Shown: positions 29,810 through 38,467 of the stretch, one piece after another
How the letters are laid out: every line of letters starts with the position of its first letter
Numbering within the stretch: the stretch's first letter is position 1
From: Patescibacteria group bacterium
Lineage (GTDB): Bacteria; Patescibacteriota; Microgenomatia; Levybacterales; UBA12049
Assembly: GCA_026004395.1 (NCBI GenBank)
Contig: BPJB01000001.1
Coordinates: 161,370 to 225,369 of the forward strand
Direction of reading: 5' to 3'
DNA length: 64,000 bases
The notes under the pieces: model-generated
Database searches by the model: none
Seen by the model: only the letters and a program-made list of their open reading frames with translations
Told to the model about the DNA's origin: nothing
Program-made: the position numbers and the translations under genes

Positions 29810-32800
29810 ATGAAAAAGCTTCTGCCCAGTGTATTGATAATTGGTCTTCTGTATCTATTCTTCTTTTTTCCTTTTCATGTGTTTGCTCAGGACGCAGGAT
29901 TACAATCTCCTATGACTATTACTACTACGACAGATCTGCCGCAAGAGGGAGCATGGATTAAAGATCCTGAGGTTACAAAGGTAGGGAAAAATGCTGCAAG
30001 ATCGGGAATGCTTCTTGATTGGACTCTTCAGGAATATCATTGGGCATCAACGAGCGCTGAGTCAGTGAGACCGCTGGCTGAATTCTGGACTGTTATTCAA
30101 AGAATAGTTTATTCACTCTTTCTTTTTGTGATTATTGTAACGGCTTTAATATTAATTATTACACGAGGCAAAAGCATTTCCGCTCGTCGTTTTTTGCCTA
30201 GATTCTTTTTCGTAATTTTATTGGTTACTTTCTCGTTTTCATTGGTTAAATTTGTCTACCAAATTACAGATATTTTTCAAGGTTTTTTTCTTAAAAATCC
30301 ACAAGGTCAGATTATTTCCTCAAGAGATCTTCTTTATGTTGGTTTTGATTATAAAGACTTCGTAGGATTGAGAGTTTTTGGTCAACAATATGATGAGTCA
30401 GCGATGATAGCGCTTCTTTTAGTTAAACTTACAGCTTTTACTTATTATGTAATGTCTATATTGCTTATTGTACGCAAAATTATATTATGGTTTTTTATTG
30501 TTGTATCTCCAATTTTTCCTCTCCTTCTTCTTTTCTATCCATTGCGTAATACTGCCAAAATCTGGTTAGGAGAATTTTTTCGTTGGGTATTATATGCTCC
30601 TTTATTTGCTATTTTCCTTTCAGGTCTTGTTAAGATGTGGCAAAGTTCTCTGCCTCTACCTTTTAATTTTATAGGGGAGAATGTCCGTGATAATGTAATC
30701 TATCCAACTGCAATCAATATTCTTCTTGGAGGTCCTCAACGATTGGTTACTATTGATAATAGTGTTAATCTGCCTAACACTTTTGCACTCTATTTGGTTG
30801 CTCTTTTAATGTTGTGGGTGGTTATTATTCTACCTTTTATCTTGCTTCAGATATTTCTTGATTATATGTACACATTCACTTTTAAGGATTCACCAATTTT
30901 CAAACAAATGATGGGTTTTATTAATAATCGTTTTATTCCTCCATCACCTCCGCCTTTGTCTCCTACTGCTCCTGGACAGCCTTCGGGTCTTGCTCGCAAT
31001 CTCCCATTTGGAAAGCGTATCTCTCTACCTCAAGGAGCTGGTATTGCACGTTCAATTCCTACTGATGTAGCTACTTCACAAAAAGCAAATATTGCTAGAC
31101 CATTTGTTGCATCAAAAGTGGATCAGTCTAAAGTTCTGCGTATGGTCAATCTTTCAATCCCAACAATGCAAGATATCGCACGTTTTGAACGAGCTAGATT
31201 AGAGAAGGATACACTCCAGAAAAAAGAAATTGAAAGAACGCGACAGATTCTTAGAAATATTGCAAACCCAATGAGTATCACAACTGCGTCTGAGAGAGAA
31301 CGCTTCATGCATATCCGTGAGATGCTGCTTAAAGAAAGTCAAAGTGGAAATCCTGTTGCGCTAACAGTTCTTCAAGCAGCCACAAACTATTATATGTCAA
31401 ATGTCTCACAACAATTTTTATCTCAATCACAGGCAACAGAAGAGATTATTCAAAATATTGCGCATCCTGAGAAGATCACCAATACTCTGGAGAGAGAAAG
31501 AATTCTTCAGCTTAAAGAGCAGATTATCAAATCAAGTAAAGAAAATAATCCTCTAGCAACTACTCTTTTAAAAGTTATTTCCCAAATTGAAAATTCTACC
31601 AAACAGCAACTGCAGAAAACATTAGAGAAAATTTCGCAACCTCAATTGATACAATCAACAGATGAAAAAGAAAAATATCAAGAACTTCGTGAGCGTATTG
31701 TTGCAGCCAGTAGATCAGGAAATCAACTGGCAGTACTTCTTCTTAAGTCATTGGAGTCTAAGACTTCTCTTGATCAAGTACAAGCTCTGAAGGAACAGCT
31801 TATTAAAGCTCGCGATGCAGGTAATCCTTTAGCTTCAGAAATACTGAATATTGCATCATCCACAACAAAAGAGTTGTCCAATGAACAGATCACAACGATT
31901 GAATCTGAAATTAGAGAAGCACAAAAAAGAGGAGATCCACTTGCATATCTACTGATGATGATGCTCTCTCAAAAAACAAAGTCGAAGACCGAGTCTCCAA
32001 CCCCGGCTACTTTGAAACTTAAAAAAGGCACATTCCCGGTTGTCAATAGAATTCAACAAGTTAGTCTTGATGATTATGAAGCAGTAAAGAAACTCTGGAA
32101 AGACAATTATCAAAATCTGGATATTCCTCAAGAAGTTGAAGGATTCAGATCACGAAGAGAATGGATCTTAAATGATATTGATTCAATACAAAAAACAATC
32201 AATTTGCTTACTTCACAAAATCCTCAAGATATAGAAGAGGGAATGAAGAATGTTTCCGATATTTTACCATTCCTTCTAATAGGAGGATTTTCACAGACTG
32301 AAATCATAGCTTATCTTAAAGCAAAAATGGAGGCTGCAAAATCTGTACTTGAAGAGTTGGATAAAGAGACAACAGAAGATCTTGTTGAGTCCAGACCTTC
32401 TAAAACTTCTTCTCAACATCAACTGCATATGAGTGTTCAGGAGAGTATAGATAATACGTCTAATCAATATGAAAATGAGATTAACAATTCTATTACAAAT
32501 TTTTACAGTATCAATGCTTCGATTGCACAACAGAGCGATCTGTCAACAAAATCAGTTAATTTTCAATCTGCACAAAATGCAAATTCCTTATTAACGTTAG
32601 TCAATCTTCCTCTGCCTACCATGCAAGATATTGTTAAGTATGAGAAGGCACTTTCTTCTAAGGATACAACTTCTAAAAAAGAGGTAGAAAAGTTTCTTCA
32701 GACGTTAAAGAAACTTGCAGATCCAGAACATCTTACACAAGAAGAAAAAGAAAAGATACAAGCAGTAAAAGATACTCTAGAGAAGGAGAGTAAACAAGGC

Positions 32801-35236
32801 AATATACTTGCAGAGTCTATTCTTACGGCTACAAAACTGAGCCAAGAGCAATTTACAGAAAAAGATATTCCAATTCTTTTACAGCTGTTGCGAACGATCA
32901 CCGATCCATCAATGGCAGAAGATCCTTCAGAACAAGAAACCTACAGAAGGTTATATTCTCAGCTAAGTAATGCCAAACAACAGGCACAGCCTCTAGCTTT
33001 GGAAATCTTTCGTCTAATTGATACATTAGCTCAAAAAGAGTCAGAGTTGACAGCCGTGTTTCTCCAAAAACTCAGCGACCCTGATTCTCTAACAGATGCT
33101 AACGGAAGATTGACATTTCTCAAACTGAAGGAAAGATTACAAGAAGAAAGCAGTAAAGGTAATCAACTCGCATCATTTATCCTTCAGGAAGCTAAAAGAG
33201 ATACTAATCTGATTAACGCTAATAAAGTTAGACTTAAGATTATTGAATCAGCTTTAGATGGTGATCAGTTGGCAAATTTTATTCTCTCAACTCATATACA
33301 GCAGATACCTACTGCTCTTCAAAATCAGGCTCTAACCGTATATAAAATCCTTAGAGATGAAAAACAAAAAGGAAATACTCTAGCACAATCACTATTGAGA
33401 TTATTAGAGTCGAAAAAGCAAACCACCTCAACTAAGATTCATCCTTTATTACCTAAACAGAATCGTATTCAACAAGTAAGCCTTGAAGATTATGAAGCTG
33501 TGAAGAAACTCTGGAAAGAAAATTTCCTTTCAGATGAGATAACAGGTTATTCGGATAAAGAAAGAGCAGAATGGATAAAAAAAGAGATTGCCAATGTTTC
33601 AGAGACAATTAACCTTCTTTCATCTTCAAATCCAGAAGATATTGAGCAGGGAATGAGTCGAGTTGGAGAAATTCTTCCCTTCCTTCTTATTGGAGGATTT
33701 TCACAAGGTGAGATATTAGGATATTTGAAAGCAAAATTGGAAGCTGGTAAATCAGCACTGGAAGAAATTGAAAATAATCAAGATGAGGTAGTTAGAGTAG
33801 AGAGTAATCTTAAGAGCAAAAAAAACGAAAAGACGTTATCTTTTAGTAAAGACTTTGTCGGAGAAATGCAGCAGACTGCTGCTAAAAAAACTGATGACAA
33901 AAAATATAGAGATAAAGAGGAACTAGTTTCATCTCTAAATCTACAAGCTAATCTTCCTCAAACTGAGACTCTTCTTAAGACGCTCTCTCTTCCTTTTTAT
34001 AATCTGAAGGACATTCCCTCTCTTGATATACAGCAGAAAATCACTCCTTCAGCAGCATTTTTAGAACTTGGTGCTCTTTTAAAACTTGCTCATCCGGATA
34101 AGATTAAAGATGCAAAAGAGAAAGAAAAGTTTGCACAAATACGTTCTGCTTTGGTTTCGCAAGCTCGTGATGGAGATGAGTATGCATCATCTATTCTTGC
34201 TGTAGCAGATATCATTTCAGAAAAGGCAGATTCTGAAGATATAGCTCTTCTTACACTTAAAACATTGCAAAAAATTGTATTTCCCGATCTTTGTAAGATA
34301 GATGAACAACAAGAGATGCATTCTCTTAATCAGCAATTACAACAGGAGATACAAAAAGGAAATCTTCTTGCGAGTGAAGGAGAGAAGCTAGCAATAGCAT
34401 ATAAACAAGCACAGCTAGATCAACTTGCTAACTTGATAAGTGAGCTTTATAGTGCGCAAGCAGGATCAGAAGATTCCGAAGAAACACTTCGCGTGTTGAG
34501 AAAACAATTAGAGAATGCTCGTGCAATTGGAAATAACATTGCAGAAAAAATTATTGCATTTGGCGAGAAACAACCCAGTAAATATGAAATTGAAAAACTT
34601 CTAATTTCTTTGTATGAAATCAAAGAAACAGATCGTCTTATATCAACTCTATTCACTTCCTATCTTGCACCTTCGTCTGAATTGTTGTCGCTTGCTAGAG
34701 CTTACTATGAAAAACTGCAAAAACAGAAAAATAATCCATTTGCAGCTTTGTTGATTAGACTAATCAGAAAACAATTACAACAAAGAAAAAGAACGGTCGC
34801 TTCTCTTAGTTTGCCACAACAAAATAGATTGCAACAAGTAAGTCTTGAAGATTATGAGGCAGTAAAGAGGCTCTGGTATGAAATTTATCTTCGTGGAGAT
34901 ATTCCGCTTGATGATGAGGGAGAAACACAATCTCGCGAACAATGGATTGCATCGGATAAAGAAAAACTAATTAACACAGTAAATCTTCTCACATCTGATG
35001 ATCCAGTGAATAATAGAAGAGCTATGGAACAGATTATAGATATTTTGCCATTCCTTCTTATTGGGGGATTCTCCAAAGATGAAATGGTGGGTTATTTAAA
35101 AGCAAAGAGAGAAGCAGCTGAGATGGCTTTGTCGGTACTTAGTGATCAAAAAGAATCTATTTTTTTAAATTCACAAAAAGAAGCTAATTCTCAATCAATA
35201 GCAAAAAACCAAAACTTAAAGAAAGATACTTTCTGA
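29810..35236 (+). CDS. Giant membrane protein: signal-like N-terminus, VirB6/TrbL-like multi-TM domain and three tandem ~460-aa modules
   Basis: TM region with RKIILWFFIVVSP...W...F (VirB6-like); three copies of NR(I/L)QQVSLxDYEAVKxLW...ILPFLLIGGFS...YLKAK. Confidence 0.75.
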   Translation: MKKLLPSVLIIGLLYLFFFFPFHVFAQDAGLQSPMTITTTTDLPQEGAWIKDPEVTKVGKNAARSGMLLDWTLQEYHWASTSAESVRPLAEFWTVIQRIVYSLFLFVIIVTALILIITRGKSISARRFLPRFFFVILLVTFSFSLVKFVYQITDIFQGFFLKNPQGQIISSRDLLYVGFDYKDFVGLRVFGQQYDESAMIALLLVKLTAFTYYVMSILLIVRKIILWFFIVVSPIFPLLLLFYPLRNTAKIWLGEFFRWVLYAPLFAIFLSGLVKMWQSSLPLPFNFIGENVRDNVIYPTAINILLGGPQRLVTIDNSVNLPNTFALYLVALLMLWVVIILPFILLQIFLDYMYTFTFKDSPIFKQMMGFINNRFIPPSPPPLSPTAPGQPSGLARNLPFGKRISLPQGAGIARSIPTDVATSQKANIARPFVASKVDQSKVLRMVNLSIPTMQDIARFERARLEKDTLQKKEIERTRQILRNIANPMSITTASERERFMHIREMLLKESQSGNPVALTVLQAATNYYMSNVSQQFLSQSQATEEIIQNIAHPEKITNTLERERILQLKEQIIKSSKENNPLATTLLKVISQIENSTKQQLQKTLEKISQPQLIQSTDEKEKYQELRERIVAASRSGNQLAVLLLKSLESKTSLDQVQALKEQLIKARDAGNPLASEILNIASSTTKELSNEQITTIESEIREAQKRGDPLAYLLMMMLSQKTKSKTESPTPATLKLKKGTFPVVNRIQQVSLDDYEAVKKLWKDNYQNLDIPQEVEGFRSRREWILNDIDSIQKTINLLTSQNPQDIEEGMKNVSDILPFLLIGGFSQTEIIAYLKAKMEAAKSVLEELDKETTEDLVESRPSKTSSQHQLHMSVQESIDNTSNQYENEINNSITNFYSINASIAQQSDLSTKSVNFQSAQNANSLLTLVNLPLPTMQDIVKYEKALSSKDTTSKKEVEKFLQTLKKLADPEHLTQEEKEKIQAVKDTLEKESKQGNILAESILTATKLSQEQFTEKDIPILLQLLRTITDPSMAEDPSEQETYRRLYSQLSNAKQQAQPLALEIFRLIDTLAQKESELTAVFLQKLSDPDSLTDANGRLTFLKLKERLQEESSKGNQLASFILQEAKRDTNLINANKVRLKIIESALDGDQLANFILSTHIQQIPTALQNQALTVYKILRDEKQKGNTLAQSLLRLLESKKQTTSTKIHPLLPKQNRIQQVSLEDYEAVKKLWKENFLSDEITGYSDKERAEWIKKEIANVSETINLLSSSNPEDIEQGMSRVGEILPFLLIGGFSQGEILGYLKAKLEAGKSALEEIENNQDEVVRVESNLKSKKNEKTLSFSKDFVGEMQQTAAKKTDDKKYRDKEELVSSLNLQANLPQTETLLKTLSLPFYNLKDIPSLDIQQKITPSAAFLELGALLKLAHPDKIKDAKEKEKFAQIRSALVSQARDGDEYASSILAVADIISEKADSEDIALLTLKTLQKIVFPDLCKIDEQQEMHSLNQQLQQEIQKGNLLASEGEKLAIAYKQAQLDQLANLISELYSAQAGSEDSEETLRVLRKQLENARAIGNNIAEKIIAFGEKQPSKYEIEKLLISLYEIKETDRLISTLFTSYLAPSSELLSLARAYYEKLQKQKNNPFAALLIRLIRKQLQQRKRTVASLSLPQQNRLQQVSLEDYEAVKRLWYEIYLRGDIPLDDEGETQSREQWIASDKEKLINTVNLLTSDDPVNNRRAMEQIIDILPFLLIGGFSKDEMVGYLKAKREAAEMALSVLSDQKESIFLNSQKEANSQSIAKNQNLKKDTF
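31140..35150 (+). repeat. Three tandem protein modules inside the 1808-aa gene
   Basis: Conserved block starts at 32045, 33461 and 34823 (spacing 472 and 454 codons). Confidence 0.85.
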
Positions 35237-35290
35237 TTATACTACAGAAAGTATCTTGCTATTGCTAAATTTTTAGTATTTAATAAGTAT

Positions 35291-37966
35291 ATGCTAGGTA
35301 ATTTATTCACCCAACGAAAACCAGTGAAACCTTCCATCGCAAGTGATGAGCAAGCAGGAATTGCTCAGTCAAGCGTCTCCGAACAGCAAATATCTTCTTC
35401 AGGCACTACAGCTGCAGTTGGTTCGCGTATGGATCCTCTCATGCGCCAAAATCTTTCTGCTTTATCTCATCTTGATGCTCGAACAACACAGGTGCTTCAT
35501 CATGCACAGGATGAAACCAAACGAATTCGTCAGGCACAAATACGACCGGAACAACTTCTTCTTGGACTCCTCTATGATGAAGAAATATTTAAACTTCTTG
35601 AACAGTTTGAAGTGGATGTTGCCAAGCTTTCGCAAGAAATTCAATCAAAAGAACAGATTGGTACTTATCTAGGTCAACCCACACTCAGTAATGAGAGTAT
35701 TCAAATTTTTGAGCAAGCGTATCGTGAAACAAAGAAAAGAGGAGAAAGTTTCGTTTCTCCTGAGGATCTACTTATGGTTATCTGCGATAGTAACTATGAG
35801 GCTAGCCTTGTTCTTAAAGAAAAAGGTATCAAAAGAGAACAGATAGAAGAAAGGGTGGCAAAATCTTCAATATTTATTAAAGGCAGGAAATCGATTCTGC
35901 AGCAGTACGGAATTGATCTAACAGAGGAAGCACGGGAAGGGAAATTGGATCCTATTGCAGGCAGAGATAAAGAAATAGATAGACTTATACATATTTTACT
36001 TAGACGAACGAAAAATAATCCCATTATTATTGGCGAAGCAGGCGTGGGTAAGACAGCTTTGGTTGAAGGATTGGCTCAGAAGATAGTCTCTGGAAACGCT
36101 CCGAAAGAACTTCAAAATAAACGTATATTTCAGTTAGATCTTGCATCGCTTATTGCGGGAGCAAGTCATCGGGGAGAGTTTGAAGAGAGATTGAAGGGAG
36201 TTATTAATGAGACAATTGCTGCAGAAGGACAGATAATTCTTTTTATTGATGAAATTCATACCCTCATTGGTACTGGAGATACTGAAGGTGCACTTGATGC
36301 ATCCAATATAATTAAGCCACATTTGGCTAGAGGTCACATACAAGTTATTGGTACTACTACTACCTCTGAATACCGTAAACACTTTGAGAAGGATAAAGCA
36401 TTTGAAAGAAGATTCCAACCTGTTCTTTGCGAGGAACCAGATGAGTCTACAGCAGTTCAGATGTTGAAAGTGCTGCAACCAAAATATGAGAAATTTCACA
36501 CAGTTGTCTTCCCAGAAGATACACTCATTGCAGCAGTTAAGCTTTCTAAAAAATATATAGGTGATCGCTACTTGCCGGACAAAGCAGTTGATCTTCTTGA
36601 TGAAGCAGCAGCTCATGTCAAGCTTGAAATTGAGGGTGGCAAAAGATCAGGAAATACAGTTGAGAAAAAAGATATAGAACAAGTTGTGAGTAACTGGACA
36701 GGGATTCCTGTTACTCGATTGACTGAAGATGAAAGTCAAAAACTTCTCAATCTTGAGAAAAAGATTCATGAGCGACTTATAGATCAAGAAGAAGCAGTAA
36801 TTGCTGTGGCTGAGGCTGTTCGTCGAGGGAGGATAGGTCTTTCTGCGGCAAATCGTCCTATTGCTTCATTTATTTTTCTTGGTCCAACAGGAGTTGGCAA
36901 GACGGAATTGGCAAAGACATTAGCTGAGATTCTTTTTGGTCGAGACGATGCAATGGTCAGGCTAGACATGAGTGAATATATGGAAAAACATGAGGTAGCA
37001 AAACTTATCGGTGCTCCGCCTGGTTATGTGGGTTATGAAGAAGGAGGGCAGCTCACAGAGGCTGTACGGCAAAAGCCTTACTCAATTGTTCTCTTAGATG
37101 AGGTAGAGAAAGCCCATCCAGATGTTTTTAATATTCTTCTTCAGCTTTTGGAAGATGGAAGACTTACAGATAATAAAGGCAATACAATTTCATTTAAAAA
37201 TACTATTGTCATTTGCACTTCCAATATTGGCAGTAGTCTCATTCAACAGCAACTAAGTGAGAAAGAAGATTCAATGCAACAATCTCAAGAGGAGTTTAAT
37301 AAACAGTTTGAAGAATTAGCAAGTATGGTAAGTAATGAACTTCATAAATTCTTCCGTCCTGAACTTTTGAATAGATTTGATGATATCGTTATATTTAAAC
37401 CATTGCGTAAATCAGATATGAACGCAATTGCCAAGCTTGGAATAGCAAAAACAGCTAAGCTCCTTGAAGATCAAGGATATCACTTACAAACCACAGAGAA
37501 AGCTATTGCCGAGCTTGCTAAGGAAGGTTATGACCCAGTTTATGGGGCTCGTCCATTGAGACGTCTAATCCAAACAGCCATAGAGAACCAAATAGCACTT
37601 CTTATCATTGGCAGAACGTTTGTCCCAGGCGATACGATCATTGTTGATTTTGATGAGACACAGGGAGTATTTAGATTTAGTAAAGGGAGCGGTGAGAGAT
37701 TAGAGAACAGAGATAATCTGTCAGAGTCTTCTGAAAGTCTAAAGGAAAATGCTCAAGTTGAAGATACTTTTTCTGCCGAAACTTCAATCAATCAACCGGA
37801 TGCAGTGAGTCTTAATAATCAATCGGAAGACTCATCATCATCAATCTTAGCACACGATCCCCTCTCTGATATTAATGGATCATTATTAAGAAATAATCAG
37901 ACAGATATTCAGGGGCAGCCTCCATTATCTCAAGGAAGTGGAGATAATCTTACCACTACAAATTAG
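35291..37966 (+). CDS. Clp/Hsp100 class I AAA+ ATPase (ClpA/C-like, no middle domain)
   Basis: Clp-N repeats, GEAGVGKT/LFIDEIH, GPTGVGKT/LLDEVEK, GYVG, GARPLRR. Confidence 0.92.
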   Translation: MLGNLFTQRKPVKPSIASDEQAGIAQSSVSEQQISSSGTTAAVGSRMDPLMRQNLSALSHLDARTTQVLHHAQDETKRIRQAQIRPEQLLLGLLYDEEIFKLLEQFEVDVAKLSQEIQSKEQIGTYLGQPTLSNESIQIFEQAYRETKKRGESFVSPEDLLMVICDSNYEASLVLKEKGIKREQIEERVAKSSIFIKGRKSILQQYGIDLTEEAREGKLDPIAGRDKEIDRLIHILLRRTKNNPIIIGEAGVGKTALVEGLAQKIVSGNAPKELQNKRIFQLDLASLIAGASHRGEFEERLKGVINETIAAEGQIILFIDEIHTLIGTGDTEGALDASNIIKPHLARGHIQVIGTTTTSEYRKHFEKDKAFERRFQPVLCEEPDESTAVQMLKVLQPKYEKFHTVVFPEDTLIAAVKLSKKYIGDRYLPDKAVDLLDEAAAHVKLEIEGGKRSGNTVEKKDIEQVVSNWTGIPVTRLTEDESQKLLNLEKKIHERLIDQEEAVIAVAEAVRRGRIGLSAANRPIASFIFLGPTGVGKTELAKTLAEILFGRDDAMVRLDMSEYMEKHEVAKLIGAPPGYVGYEEGGQLTEAVRQKPYSIVLLDEVEKAHPDVFNILLQLLEDGRLTDNKGNTISFKNTIVICTSNIGSSLIQQQLSEKEDSMQQSQEEFNKQFEELASMVSNELHKFFRPELLNRFDDIVIFKPLRKSDMNAIAKLGIAKTAKLLEDQGYHLQTTEKAIAELAKEGYDPVYGARPLRRLIQTAIENQIALLIIGRTFVPGDTIIVDFDETQGVFRFSKGSGERLENRDNLSESSESLKENAQVEDTFSAETSINQPDAVSLNNQSEDSSSSILAHDPLSDINGSLLRNNQTDIQGQPPLSQGSGDNLTTTN

Positions 37967-38137
37967 CTTCAAAAAATTTAGACTGAGATTATTTGAGTTT
38001 TCTATTTAGAGTTTCTATACTTAAGATAGGTAATAAATGACAAAAATCTATAGTTTTCAATTTCGTTTTCAATTTTTACCAATGAAGTAAAAATTGTAAC
38101 GACAGAATAATATATAAGTTTATTTTTAATTTTTACT

Positions 38138-38467
38138 ATGTTTTCGTACCTCAGATTTCCATATTATTTTGTTCGATTTTGGTTCATTGAAGCTCCATCC
38201 GGTATTTTGGATTTTTTTCTTTCTCTCAATCATGCATTTTTTCATTTTTTCTCTCTTCCATTATTTTTGCGTACATTTTTTCAACCTTTGAAAAATGAAT
38301 ACCGCACGGGTTTAGTAGGATTTTCTATAGGAATGGGTATTGCGGTTAAAACGGTGTTAATTTTGGTTGATATTTTACTTTTTATTATTCTTCTTGTTTT
38401 TGAAGCCGCAGTTTTAGTTGCATTTGTTATATTTCCTTTTTTAACAATAGCATTACTTTTATGGTAG
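38138..38467 (+). CDS. Small membrane protein coupled to the downstream Clp ATPase
   Basis: Hydrophobic, aromatic-rich ORF overlapping the start of the next gene. Confidence 0.7.
   Translation: MFSYLRFPYYFVRFWFIEAPSGILDFFLSLNHAFFHFFSLPLFLRTFFQPLKNEYRTGLVGFSIGMGIAVKTVLILVDILLFIILLVFEAAVLVAFVIFPFLTIALLLW

Noticed and set aside
29509-35236. Conjugative element/ICE
   Set aside because: No integrase, relaxase, VirB4/VirD4 or att-like repeats recognised; flanks are housekeeping genes
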